Shown one piece after another: positions 44,843 through 54,680 of a stretch of DNA of 64,000 nucleotides. Numbering within the stretch: the stretch's first letter is position 1; every line of letters starts with the position of its first letter. The stretch is from the sequence record MN453779.2; one strand, 5' to 3'. Position numbers and translations under genes: made by a program. Below the pieces are notes generated by a model, which searched no databases, was not told the DNA's origin, and saw nothing but the letters and a program-made list of their open reading frames with translations.

Positions 44843-46981
44843 ATGACTAGATTTAATACAGGTAATGTCATTCCATCGCTAGCCGAAGAAGATTTTTATG
44901 ATAACTCCATGGCTTTAGATGAAGCCATGAATAGCACTGATCCAACTTGGAGAGATAGATTTGGAGTTGAGAAGCCTACGATCGACGCAGCTTTGAAATC
45001 TGCCGGGTTTATGCCGGCTGGATTTGACTTTGTAACTGGCGGGACTCTTCAACCTGGAGATCGCAATAAAGCTGTTTACAATCCTGCTCCTAACGGCGAT
45101 AATAATTGGTATCGTTGGAATGGTGCATTTCCGAAAGAAATTGCTGCTAATAGTCAACCTAATCCCAAAGATGAAAATAATTGGGTATTGGCACATTTTA
45201 GAATTGGAATAGTCGAAAAGGAAGCACTTCGTAGAACATATTTGGAAGCAGGTTATAATCTTGTTAACGGTAGCTTTGAACAAGGTGGGACGTTAGTAAA
45301 TAGTAATGATGTGCTGCTGCAAGAGCGCACAGGGAAAGTATTCACCGGCCCTGCGGGTATAGTTGCCGCCGGAACGAATCCGGCGAGCGGCGGGTTTGTT
45401 GATGTGTCGCCATTCGTATTGAAGACTGAGCCGCCACTGATAGCAAAAACAGGTTCATTCTCATCTGGTGGGCGTGCGGAATCTATGAAATCTGCGCTTC
45501 TTTCTTCAGACGGTTACTACTACACACCGAGAACTGGTGTTATCACAGCGGCTCCAGGATCATCTCCTAATTCTATGTGGGTCTGTGTGGGTCTGCTTAA
45601 CGGAGCGCCCATAGACGACATGCTAAACTGGCTTGATGGTCGCCCGCATCTAAATGCTTTCATTGCTGCTCGCGACAGCAAGTCAATTCGTGGCGGCGGG
45701 GTGGTCACTTTCCCTGCTGGCGATTACACGTTTGCTGATGAATTCGTGTGCGTAGATTACGTCAAGTTTGTGGGTGAAGATCGTAGCAAGTGTCGCATAT
45801 TTGGTGCAGCGGGTTCAGGAGCGGGAAAGGCTGTAGTGAGAGCTTGCAAGTCGCCTGTCGGTTCTGCTGACATACCGGAATATCTATCTTATTCGGGGTT
45901 TAGTAACTGCACAATTAACGGCAACGCAACTTGGGATGTTGGCCTTTACGTTCGCCACTGTACAAACGAATCTGTTTTCGATAACGTTACAGCGCAGAAC
46001 TGTAAAAAGGCTAACTCAATTTTTATCGGCGTCTTTTATGTTAGTGCCAAAAATCACGTAAGCCGAGACGCACGTGACTTGGGTGCTGTCATCGGTAAGA
46101 AGATTTTCAGCGAAGGCGGGCTTCGTGAGGTTAATGCTTCAGCTTTCAATAACCTCAGAGGCAATTACGCAGGACTTGACGACGCCTATGATCCGACCAC
46201 AAACCCATATGCAGGTGCCTGCATAACAATATGGACCGCTAACAGTTGCGCATTTGATTATGTTGGTGCCGAGAATGCTTACGGTGCTGGTGCTATTATC
46301 CGCAAAGGGATAAACAGCACAATCCCGAACTTGTATGTCGAGTCCAATGGGAAGGGCACTGCTGCTGTGGATAAGATCGGAGCCAGGATCATTGCTGCAG
46401 ATTTCCCTTCACTGATCATTGGTTCCCTCTTTGCAACAAGACAGCAGAAGATTTATCTGGAGGGGAGCTCACTGCTGCAAGTTGGCGAAATCTACTCTGA
46501 GTCTTTTGCAAATGGAATTTTCATGGGCACAGGCAAAGTGCTGTTGATGAATGGCCACAGCGCCAATAATTACATTGGGGCAGATCAAGCATTCATTAAT
46601 AACATTGAAACTAAACGCATTGCTCAGTTTGGGAATGTCCCTTTCACCAACTTCGCGAGCCTAGACTCCACAGCTGTTATTTTTGGCGAGGCAATGACAA
46701 ATGTCCAAGTGGTGATGGTGCCTAGAGTAACTTTAACCACGGCAGACCCGATAGTCATTGGGCTGTCAAATTCTCTATCCGGGGGGCAAGTGCTAGAATT
46801 TGGGACATCGTTTACTGCGGGAGTGCCTATTACCAAAACGTTCAGCAAAGTTTCTAAAGGTGCTGGAAGACTTACTCACCGGTCAAATTACCTGCCATCT
46901 ACAACAACAAACTTTGCAATGGACGTGTTCATTATTCAGTACGTTTGTGATTACCAGGCTATTTATAACAAGTGGTTTTAA
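44843..46981 (+). CDS. tailspike C, depolymerase-type receptor-binding protein
   Basis: ATG 44843 after AGGA; anchor like A; GGGVVTFPAGDY beta-helix start; GC-rich C-terminal region. Confidence 0.85.
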   Translation: MTRFNTGNVIPSLAEEDFYDNSMALDEAMNSTDPTWRDRFGVEKPTIDAALKSAGFMPAGFDFVTGGTLQPGDRNKAVYNPAPNGDNNWYRWNGAFPKEIAANSQPNPKDENNWVLAHFRIGIVEKEALRRTYLEAGYNLVNGSFEQGGTLVNSNDVLLQERTGKVFTGPAGIVAAGTNPASGGFVDVSPFVLKTEPPLIAKTGSFSSGGRAESMKSALLSSDGYYYTPRTGVITAAPGSSPNSMWVCVGLLNGAPIDDMLNWLDGRPHLNAFIAARDSKSIRGGGVVTFPAGDYTFADEFVCVDYVKFVGEDRSKCRIFGAAGSGAGKAVVRACKSPVGSADIPEYLSYSGFSNCTINGNATWDVGLYVRHCTNESVFDNVTAQNCKKANSIFIGVFYVSAKNHVSRDARDLGAVIGKKIFSEGGLREVNASAFNNLRGNYAGLDDAYDPTTNPYAGACITIWTANSCAFDYVGAENAYGAGAIIRKGINSTIPNLYVESNGKGTAAVDKIGARIIAADFPSLIIGSLFATRQQKIYLEGSSLLQVGEIYSESFANGIFMGTGKVLLMNGHSANNYIGADQAFINNIETKRIAQFGNVPFTNFASLDSTAVIFGEAMTNVQVVMVPRVTLTTADPIVIGLSNSLSGGQVLEFGTSFTAGVPITKTFSKVSKGAGRLTHRSNYLPSTTTNFAMDVFIIQYVCDYQAIYNKWF
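45221..45403 (+). repeat. shared tailspike junction module, copy C
   Basis: gtaaatagtaatgatgtgYtgctgcaagagcgcac shared with A (1 mismatch). Confidence 0.9.
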
Positions 46982-46984
46982 GCC

Positions 46985-47008
46985 AAAGCCCCTCAATCGA
47001 GGGGCTTT
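46985..47008. terminator. bidirectional terminator of tailspike C
   Basis: aaagcccctc-aatc-gaggggcttt. Confidence 0.85.
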
Positions 47009-47012
47009 CCTT

Positions 47013-47186
47013 TCACCGTCGTATCAATGAGTCTTTATTTGCACTCGTCCTGGTTGAACCAACCCGGTAGGTCACGCAAGACGTTAATATTCTTGATACT
47101 GGCCCAGCCATGTAAACCACGATATCCTTGTTCTCACCAGGAATAGCCCAGATAAACAGAGCGCCGATAATGGCTCCGGTTTTTGA
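47013..47186 (-). pseudogene. relic C-terminal part of small membrane (holin-like) gene
   Basis: SKTGAIIGALFIWAIPGENKDIVVYMAGPVSRILTSCVTYRVGSTRTSANKDSLIRR*; no proper start. Confidence 0.6.
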
Positions 47187-47281
47187 GTAAATACATTGCC
47201 CCCGCTTCGGCGGGTTTGTATTTATTGAAGTTGTAATAGAATGTACGATCGTGTTCTACTTGTCTCGCTTATTCTGTCAAT

Positions 47282-47304
47282 GTAATATACAATAAATATA
47301 TTAT
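47282..47304 (-). promoter_or_regulatory. putative early promoter facing tailspike C 3' end
   Basis: ATAATAT-atttattg-TATATTAC on minus strand. Confidence 0.6.
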
Positions 47305-47312
47305 TCTGAATT

Positions 47313-47342
47313 GTTCACCCAACTCAATAGAGTTGGGTGAAC
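47313..47342. terminator. 13-bp stem hairpin (copy of 28398..28427)
   Basis: gttcacccaactc-aata-gagttgggtgaac. Confidence 0.75.
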
Positions 47343-47347
47343 TTTAT

Positions 47348-50300
47348 TTATCTTTTCATTTCGACGTTAACTATTACATCCCAACTTCTTTCATTATCTG
47401 TTAAAATAATTCTTAGTTGTGTTTCCCCTATCTTACCAGAACTACTGACATTTATTCTGTATTTTCCATCTTCCACTAATTTAACTTTACTGTTAATAAC
47501 TGTTATGAAAGTAGGATCAAAATCAACTTTACCGATTTCTATTGCGTTAAGAGGAACATCAGGTTCATTGTACTTATCTAACTTAACAGTAAAATCTATA
47601 TCAGAATTCACATTAAGAACAGCTATTCCATCAGATACTTCCGAAACCTTAGGAATAACTGGATTAACTTCAATACCAACCTTACCTGAACTCACTGTTA
47701 TACCGCCTAAGTTTACACTAATAATAAACCCACCATTACCGCCCAAATGACTTAACATCAAATGCGATTGATAAATGCCATTTACTGGATCTATTAGTTC
47801 TATAAAACTATCGGTCCCGATAATGGTTGGTAAATTATTATCTCTATTTTGATACCCTACTCCAGCTGTTCTGGCGTTATAAATATAAGAACCAGCTTGG
47901 TCTTTTAGTTTATACAAAATAGCTTGTTTGGTACTAGCTGTAAGGTTATTAGTTAGTAATTCAACAGTTATCCCACTGACAACTCTTCTTGTTACTTGTA
48001 CTAATCCACCTACTTCCTTCCTATATAAGCTAACGTCATCTAACAATCTAACTTCCAAATCTATTTCGGAAATATCGTCTTCCCCCATAGGAACAGATTT
48101 AGTTGTTTCTAAAATTATCCCGTTAGGTTCAATTGACTTAACAAAGACTTCAATGGAAGATAAACTTACATTTACACTAACTCTTGGGTCATTAAGAGAA
48201 ACGCTAGCCCCGTTGTAAATAACAGAAACATTGAGTTTATTACTTAAATAAGACTCAATACTAACCACCCCATCCATAATAACTTTCAATGGATAACTTG
48301 GTGAGATATCGGTTATTACGCTTAGTTCCCCTAATAATCCAGGTTCATTAGGATCTATGCATCTCAGGATGGAAGTAACCAATCCTTGTTCTATTAAACT
48401 ATATCCAATAGTAATAAACTGATCAGTTACTTTCTTTAATCCACTAAAGGTTACATTGGGATGTAAAGTAGAAAGTTCGGGTTTATACAAGACTCGATTA
48501 TTTATCCGCTCACGTTTATTGTAAACGCAAACATCAAACTCTCCGCTTTCTAACTCCCTTCCTTCTATATCTTTAATTCCAGGAATTAAAGCTAAATCAG
48601 GTCCTGTATAACCTAAGATTTCAAACTCTTGTTCCCAAGAAAAGTCTTTCTCAATCCCATCTACCAAAATCTTAAACTTAAAGTTAACAGTCTGAAGACT
48701 AGTCTGAGTACCGCCGTCAACCACAATCCAAGTTTCTTTTATAGTCCAAGGATCAAAGTTAATTATCACTGGAGAAGTTTCACTATTCTCAACATTAACA
48801 GATCTAACTTTATCACTAGATTCATTACCATTAATGTAAACTTGGAATGGCAATGGTCCTTTTTGATATTTAGTCACTGTTTTGTTAAAGCTAGTTCTAG
48901 GTCTTAAATCAACAGTAGAGACTTTAATAACTTCAACATATAGTTTATCACTTCTGGTGTGCAGTTCACCATTACTAGCTGGGTGTTTTAATCCAAGATT
49001 AATACTATCGGTAATAACCATTCCAGGTGAATTAGAATCTTGAACTATTCCGTATCCAAAGCTCTCTGTATCGATCTGTGTTACATTTACAAGTTGTCTT
49101 TGACCAACCAGTCCTGTATTAAGTCCGCATTGATTTAAAGCTAATACAGACCCTTTTAAAGTAACTTGGTAATTGACATTACCAATATCACCTCTCTCCC
49201 CTTTAATTAAAACTGGTTCTAAATTAACCAATTCTAATTGTTCTTGTTCACCCAAGGGTTTAGTAACTTCCAATTCAACAAACAAATTACCTTTATTACC
49301 TTGGTAACTAAACTCTCCAATAATCAAATCTTTAAAACTAGAGTTGTAATCAGGGAGGATGGTTGTTGGAACACCTATATAAAGTAAACCATCTTTCCAA
49401 GTTTTGTCTAAAGTGTATTTGTCGTTAGTTAGTTTACAAGTTAGCCAGTTAGGGTATACGTCAGGGATAACTTCAGTTCCATTAACTTGACATTTAACAA
49501 CAATACCTAATTTGTATAAAGTAGAAGTTCTAATAGTTTCAGTTTGCGCTGAAACAATTAGATTACCAACTTCATCATGATTAACCACAAAACCTACTGT
49601 AACGACTTTAGAGAAGATGTAATCGTCATGGGTTACATTGATGCTGATTTCTACTTCATCGCTTAATACGGAGCCTGCAGAGCCTTTGATGAAGGTAAAA
49701 ATACTTTCTAGTTTATTAGGAGATTGTTTCCCAGAAATAAAACCATTTTTACTTCTGTAAGTTAATTCCGTTTTAGCGGTTACATCAACACCATTAGCAG
49801 TAAAGAGATTAGTAAACCTAACTTCTTCACCTCGTTTACCAGAAAAGGAGCTAGGGAAGTTATCAGTCACTGTATTAAGATCAAGTTGTTCTTGAACTAA
49901 CTCTTCTACAAATAAGTGTACCGGTTCTGTACCTACTGAGTCGTCGGTAATCAATACACCGCCCGATGTTAACTCGCTCTTACTAATATAAGTTTCATCT
50001 TCCCGATAGAACTCAGATTGCTCAAAGAACACATCGCCCATTAGTTCATTGAATTTAGCTAACCCAAAAGCATCTTCGTGTTTAACACAATACCCTAAAG
50101 CATTTCTCCAAACTAAGTTAAGTAGTTTCCCCTGTACTTCTTTCCTATTAAACTTATTCTTAAAATCAGTTAAATTATTACAAACAACAACTTCTCTATT
50201 AAAGTCTTTAGCAATAGTCAACAAGTTAACTGTGGAAACAGGAATATCTACTCTAGCAAATGACTTAGCGCGCTTCACTAAACAGATCTTCTTAGACCCA

Positions 50301-50497
50301 TCGTCGTCAGTATAAACTGATTCAATCATAAAGTCTTCAGGTTCCAAACCAGAGTAACGAGTATCAGCTAAATAACGTTCTACTAAGTTACCTTGTTCGT
50401 TTACAATTTCATGTCTTTGTTTAAAAAACTGTTTCACAATAGAGAATAAAGGATCATTTATCTTCTTTGGGAATAACTTATGTTCATTAGCTACCAT
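47348..50497 (-). CDS. large beta-rich, Ig-like repeat protein (putative virion accessory)
   Basis: ATG 50497 after AAAGGA; beta-strand-rich ~100 aa modules; N-terminal domain homologous to 57720..58319. Confidence 0.6.
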   Translation of the reverse strand: MVANEHKLFPKKINDPLFSIVKQFFKQRHEIVNEQGNLVERYLADTRYSGLEPEDFMIESVYTDDDGSKKICLVKRAKSFARVDIPVSTVNLLTIAKDFNREVVVCNNLTDFKNKFNRKEVQGKLLNLVWRNALGYCVKHEDAFGLAKFNELMGDVFFEQSEFYREDETYISKSELTSGGVLITDDSVGTEPVHLFVEELVQEQLDLNTVTDNFPSSFSGKRGEEVRFTNLFTANGVDVTAKTELTYRSKNGFISGKQSPNKLESIFTFIKGSAGSVLSDEVEISINVTHDDYIFSKVVTVGFVVNHDEVGNLIVSAQTETIRTSTLYKLGIVVKCQVNGTEVIPDVYPNWLTCKLTNDKYTLDKTWKDGLLYIGVPTTILPDYNSSFKDLIIGEFSYQGNKGNLFVELEVTKPLGEQEQLELVNLEPVLIKGERGDIGNVNYQVTLKGSVLALNQCGLNTGLVGQRQLVNVTQIDTESFGYGIVQDSNSPGMVITDSINLGLKHPASNGELHTRSDKLYVEVIKVSTVDLRPRTSFNKTVTKYQKGPLPFQVYINGNESSDKVRSVNVENSETSPVIINFDPWTIKETWIVVDGGTQTSLQTVNFKFKILVDGIEKDFSWEQEFEILGYTGPDLALIPGIKDIEGRELESGEFDVCVYNKRERINNRVLYKPELSTLHPNVTFSGLKKVTDQFITIGYSLIEQGLVTSILRCIDPNEPGLLGELSVITDISPSYPLKVIMDGVVSIESYLSNKLNVSVIYNGASVSLNDPRVSVNVSLSSIEVFVKSIEPNGIILETTKSVPMGEDDISEIDLEVRLLDDVSLYRKEVGGLVQVTRRVVSGITVELLTNNLTASTKQAILYKLKDQAGSYIYNARTAGVGYQNRDNNLPTIIGTDSFIELIDPVNGIYQSHLMLSHLGGNGGFIISVNLGGITVSSGKVGIEVNPVIPKVSEVSDGIAVLNVNSDIDFTVKLDKYNEPDVPLNAIEIGKVDFDPTFITVINSKVKLVEDGKYRINVSSSGKIGETQLRIILTDNERSWDVIVNVEMKR

Positions 50498-50688
50498 AAC
50501 GTAGTTTCCTTTGGTTTTAAGGATAGTCAAAACATCTTTATTTTATTTTTCAATCAAGTCTACTATATTATAACTGACTAGGAAATCCCGGTTAGCCCGG
50601 TAGGGCAGTTTGTTTGTTATATAGCGGAATGAACGTAGTGAATGACTTCCTTATTTATTTAATCTTTAATGTTTATTTTCCTACTTCC

Positions 50689-50710
50689 AAATATTTTCAA
50701 ACATATATTA
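50689..50710 (+). promoter_or_regulatory. putative early promoter
   Basis: AAATATT-ttcaaaca-TATATTA. Confidence 0.6.
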
Positions 50711-50757
50711 TTATAATGGATAAACAGTAATATTAATTTAATATAGGAGAGAATACC

Positions 50758-51558
50758 ATGCAATCACGTAACAAAGACATTTTTGTAAAATCAGCTTACT
50801 GGGGTACTTGGTCTCGGGTTCTGTTCAGAATGGGTGGTGGGAATCTTTATCAGGTTGAGGTAGACGTCACCCCTATCAATCCCCAGTTTGCCAGTTCGTG
50901 GATCGGGACCAAAGAAGTCAGGATTAGAAGACACTGCACGCTTCCCAGCAAGAGCGATCGATATACCCACCATCTTCCTGATGAAGTTGTCGAGAGTATG
51001 AAAAAGCACATCTCTCAAGAAACCATTGATATTATTATTCATTCTGATCTCTACAATCTGATCGATTGGGAGCGTTTTGACGATGTTCACAACGCAAGTG
51101 GCGGAGGTGTTCATCTCTTTGATTGTATTAAAACTATTACTCCTATATTTAGACTGGGGTATGTTAATGATCAAGGTGGTGATATTCTCTACTGTGGTGT
51201 AGATTCCTTTATCAATAAACTCAAAGAAGATTTTGGTAAAGAGATCAACATTGACGAGTACCTTGTAACAGGCTGGGTGGAGATCCAAACTAAAGGCACA
51301 GTTTGTATTTACATCACTTGTAATAAAGATACTGGGGTTTACACGACTCACTTTATTAATAAGGAAGGGAATGAACAACTTTACGCTAATGCGTTAATGG
51401 AAAAGTTCCCAAGTGATTGGTACAGTCAAATCAAACCTTTGGTTAATCAGCTGTTAGGTGGTAAAGTAGACCAGTTGGAAATTAAAGCCGAGCTTGATAG
51501 TTATATCGATCAAGTTAAACTGATTCTGGAACATGACGTGTTGTGGAGATTAGTATAG
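50758..51558 (+). CDS. hypothetical protein
   Basis: 266 aa, AGGAG RBS. Confidence 0.7.
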   Translation: MQSRNKDIFVKSAYWGTWSRVLFRMGGGNLYQVEVDVTPINPQFASSWIGTKEVRIRRHCTLPSKSDRYTHHLPDEVVESMKKHISQETIDIIIHSDLYNLIDWERFDDVHNASGGGVHLFDCIKTITPIFRLGYVNDQGGDILYCGVDSFINKLKEDFGKEINIDEYLVTGWVEIQTKGTVCIYITCNKDTGVYTTHFINKEGNEQLYANALMEKFPSDWYSQIKPLVNQLLGGKVDQLEIKAELDSYIDQVKLILEHDVLWRLV

Positions 51559-51560
51559 TA

Positions 51561-52091
51561 ATGAGTGAATTAGAACAAGAGTTGTCTTTAATTCTTTCTG
51601 AGTCGGTTGGGGTAAGTTCCCCAACCATTACAGATTGTCAATTGATCGAATACATCGGTAAAGATACAGCAAAGAACGTAGTATCTTTCAATATGGGTAA
51701 ACCCGTTTTAACACCTGAACAGGAACTTATAAAGAAAGATCTGTTGAATCGACTGGAACTCATTCCACCAGGAGTACCGGTATCCATTAAATCACTTGGT
51801 TTGGATAAAGACCAACTAGGTAAATTGTTTAAACATTTAACAATAACTGGTTCTACTATTCCTAATAGTTCGGTTGTCGAACAACCTAAACTTGAATTCT
51901 TTTATACCAATTACAAAGGTAACGAAGAAAAAAGAGTTGTTTCAACCAAAGTTCATATCTGGCACGGTGTTTCAAATTACCATAAAGATAAACAACATTT
52001 CTTAAGAGCTTACGATTACGATCGTGAAGGAATAAGAGATTTTGCCATGTCAGATATTTCTTGTTTCTTACAAGTTCCAGGGGTGATTTAA
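51561..52091 (+). CDS. WYL-domain protein
   Basis: C-terminal LEFFYTNYKG...KRVV...HFLRAYDYDREGIRDFAMSDI matches WYL pattern. Confidence 0.7.
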   Translation: MSELEQELSLILSESVGVSSPTITDCQLIEYIGKDTAKNVVSFNMGKPVLTPEQELIKKDLLNRLELIPPGVPVSIKSLGLDKDQLGKLFKHLTITGSTIPNSSVVEQPKLEFFYTNYKGNEEKRVVSTKVHIWHGVSNYHKDKQHFLRAYDYDREGIRDFAMSDISCFLQVPGVI

Positions 52092-52493
52092 ATGAATATC
52101 TTTAGTTTGGAATATCAATTGTTGTTTTATAAGAAAATGGAGTTGTGGGTAAAGTTAAATAAAACTAAAGCTCAATTCGCCATCCTTTTATATAAAGAGA
52201 AACTCCACAAGTTGATCTTTGGAGAACGTATTAGATTTGTTATAGCTACATGGGGTTGGAAAGAAAATGAATATCCCAATGGTCAAGTAATCAAGTATCG
52301 TAAAGTCTCATGGTTTTGGACTTATCAACGTTTTGATTTTTCGGAAAAAGTAATTGTTACCGGCTATCAACTAGATGGGGAAGATGGGATATATCTTACC
52401 AATGTAGAACCAGAACAATTCCAAAACCATTTACTGTATTTGGAAGACATTTATAGTATAGCAAGTAATCTTTGTATCAGATTGGATTTTTGA
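52092..52493 (+). CDS. hypothetical protein
   Basis: 133 aa in operon. Confidence 0.6.
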   Translation: MNIFSLEYQLLFYKKMELWVKLNKTKAQFAILLYKEKLHKLIFGERIRFVIATWGWKENEYPNGQVIKYRKVSWFWTYQRFDFSEKVIVTGYQLDGEDGIYLTNVEPEQFQNHLLYLEDIYSIASNLCIRLDF

Positions 52494-52515
52494 CTAACGA
52501 AATGGAGAAACGTAA

Positions 52516-52974
52516 ATGAATGTAGCAGAAAGTTCGTTCAAAGAGTTGATGGGTGATATCCAAGATTTTGCTCCCATCCACGTTCGAGATATTATTATTG
52601 GAACTTTGAAAAACATCACTCATCAAAGTTTTGACGATAAGAATATCTTTGAAAGTTCTTTAGTGAATTTTAAAGAGCGTGTTAAGTATAAGTACGAGTC
52701 ATTCCCTAATCAAATTTCTAAAGAAAACTTTGAGGAAATAACAGATTTCCGTGTCATCTACAGAGAGTTTCTCTCAGGATTCTCTATTCCGTTAGAAACC
52801 CCAAAATGGTCGGTTGGGAGTCGGGCTAGGTTGGTCATAGCCATTCCTGACAATTTCCCTATTCCACAGATCTCAATACAGTTTTATGTTGACAATGTAA
52901 ATAAATGGGTTTCTGTTCCTTGCCGTACAAATACAGTAAAAGAAACCATCATGAATCTGTTTCCTCAAGAATAA
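52516..52974 (+). CDS. hypothetical protein
   Basis: 152 aa, GGAG RBS. Confidence 0.65.
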   Translation: MNVAESSFKELMGDIQDFAPIHVRDIIIGTLKNITHQSFDDKNIFESSLVNFKERVKYKYESFPNQISKENFEEITDFRVIYREFLSGFSIPLETPKWSVGSRARLVIAIPDNFPIPQISIQFYVDNVNKWVSVPCRTNTVKETIMNLFPQE

Positions 52975-52985
52975 AGGATAAAGTA

Positions 52986-53519
52986 ATGGAAAAGTTTGAT
53001 AGTGTAGTTCCCGCAGACCAATCTCTTTTTACCAAGGATTCTCCATTTCAAGAACCAGTAATCGGTAGTGTTAACCAAAATAAAGAACTTGATCTGGAAA
53101 AGGATTTCACTCTTTACCAGTTGTCCTTTAAAAACATCATCTTTGGTTTGGTTGCTGTCAACAATAAGACCAGTGATGATCTTGCGGAACTCCAAAAGCA
53201 AGTTTGTGGCATTAAGAAGTACAAACATCCCTTCCATGATGCTGTCCGCATTAGTCCTGTTTCTGATCGTTATGGATATAAGTGGTTGGGTCAAGCCATT
53301 GCTAATTACGTTGGTCAATCACCCATCCAGGTCCACTCATACATTAATCCAGATCAGAGTGTTGGGATGTTGATGTGTTGTCCTCGTAAAGCTTTACGTA
53401 AGGGTTTTGTTAACGCTGTTGTATGGCAGGGTGTGAACGACCTTGATGGTGTAAAATTTGGTAAATACATCTATCCAATTCTGGAAGCTGGTGGGTTTAT
53501 CAGTGTAGAAAAGGTATAG
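52986..53519 (+). CDS. hypothetical protein
   Basis: Start reassigned to ATG 52986 after AAGGA. Confidence 0.65.
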   Translation: MEKFDSVVPADQSLFTKDSPFQEPVIGSVNQNKELDLEKDFTLYQLSFKNIIFGLVAVNNKTSDDLAELQKQVCGIKKYKHPFHDAVRISPVSDRYGYKWLGQAIANYVGQSPIQVHSYINPDQSVGMLMCCPRKALRKGFVNAVVWQGVNDLDGVKFGKYIYPILEAGGFISVEKV

Positions 53520-53530
53520 CATCAATTATT

Positions 53531-53558
53531 CTCTCTAACCGAATATTCGGTTAGAGAG
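53531..53558. terminator. perfect 28-bp palindrome
   Basis: ctctctaaccgaat/attcggttagagag. Confidence 0.7.
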
Positions 53559-53586
53559 TTTTATTTAAATCTAGGAGAGAAAAGAT

Positions 53587-54072
53587 ATGTTGCAACAAGT
53601 ATGTGTTCATCAAGGTAAACGTCATCGTTTCTTCATTATGGAAGAACAAAATGTTCCTACTTTCGTTAACGCTGTTAAAGAAGCGCGCCGCAGTGATATT
53701 TTTGTTGCTGGACCAATTGAGGTCTTTTATGACAATAAATTTTTTATCTCTACGCACGTTAAAGTTTGTTTCAGCTTGGAAATGGGTTTTGGGGTACTAG
53801 CTTACGGATTAAAGGAAGCAGATGGCGCAGCCATTCCTGGGTTCATTAATAAACACACCGACTGTCGTGAAGCGGTAAATAAAGTTGGTGTAAAGGAATT
53901 CCTTTATCGTGCAGAAATGAAGTTCCTAGAGTGGTTGGAAGATGGTGTTGTATCTGATGATAAATTTCTTGACAAAGCTATCTTTGATAAGATTGACGAA
54001 ACTTTACGTAAGGAAGGTCTGGAGTTAACTCCTTCCCAAATTCTGGTACTTAATAAATATATTAAGGAATAG
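53587..54072 (+). CDS. hypothetical protein
   Basis: 161 aa, AGGAG RBS. Confidence 0.65.
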   Translation: MLQQVCVHQGKRHRFFIMEEQNVPTFVNAVKEARRSDIFVAGPIEVFYDNKFFISTHVKVCFSLEMGFGVLAYGLKEADGAAIPGFINKHTDCREAVNKVGVKEFLYRAEMKFLEWLEDGVVSDDKFLDKAIFDKIDETLRKEGLELTPSQILVLNKYIKE

Positions 54073-54075
54073 TGT

Positions 54076-54420
54076 ATGAAAGAGATCATAACCCTTCACG
54101 CGCTCGCGGATATCGATAAAGGTAAAATTGTTTATATAAAAGGTGAACGAAGATTTGGTGACGTAGCTGAAATTCATCCCGTGGTGAATATTGGTAAGCT
54201 AACCCATGAAGAAACCCGTGTGTTGGGTTTGATCCCGGAACCCACAGTTACGTTGGTTAATCACATTCCTACCTGTGACATTTCCATAATCAACAAAGTT
54301 TGTAAAACAGTCGACAGTTTCTTTAAAGACAAAGCGTTTGAGGGATGCCGAACCCCAGCTCCTTTTCGCAATGACAAGGCGATCTACCGACAACATAAAC
54401 GCCAGAGGAAACATAAATGA
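54076..54420 (+). CDS. hypothetical protein
   Basis: 114 aa, AAGGA RBS. Confidence 0.6.
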   Translation: MKEIITLHALADIDKGKIVYIKGERRFGDVAEIHPVVNIGKLTHEETRVLGLIPEPTVTLVNHIPTCDISIINKVCKTVDSFFKDKAFEGCRTPAPFRNDKAIYRQHKRQRKHK

Positions 54421-54680
54421 GCATAAGGGAATTAATTATTCTGTTCTGCGGTTCGGCGATGTTTTTTGGGTTACTTCCGAACCTTATAGATAAAACAGGT
54501 AAGGAATTTGAAGTTACGTTATTGCTCTTTGGACTAATTGGCTTGTGTCTTTTACTAACCTGTGCTTCTTACTACATAGAGTGGTTAATCAAAAAAGAAA
54601 ATAAAAAGAGATTGAGGAAAGGTCGTAAAGATCATAACGAAAACCTTAGCATATTAAGCGATTTTTTCAAAGATGATTAA
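54417..54680 (+). CDS. two-TM membrane protein
   Basis: ATGA overlap; two hydrophobic segments, basic tail. Confidence 0.6.
   Translation: MSIRELIILFCGSAMFFGLLPNLIDKTGKEFEVTLLLFGLIGLCLLLTCASYYIEWLIKKENKKRLRKGRKDHNENLSILSDFFKDD

Larger units (their letters stand above)
46985..47349. repeat. right arm of imperfect inverted repeat (tailspike C trailer)
   Basis: Reverse complement aligns to 28391-28734. Confidence 0.9.

Noticed and set aside
28768-46981. Diversity-generating retroelement acting on tailspikes
   Set aside because: No reverse transcriptase in the window, no template/variable repeat pair, and differences are not adenine-specific
28391-47349. Site-specific invertase (Gin/Cin/Rci-type) shufflon
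   Set aside because: No serine or tyrosine recombinase ORF recognised and no short perfectly conserved crossover sites of that type; only homology-based exchange is supportable
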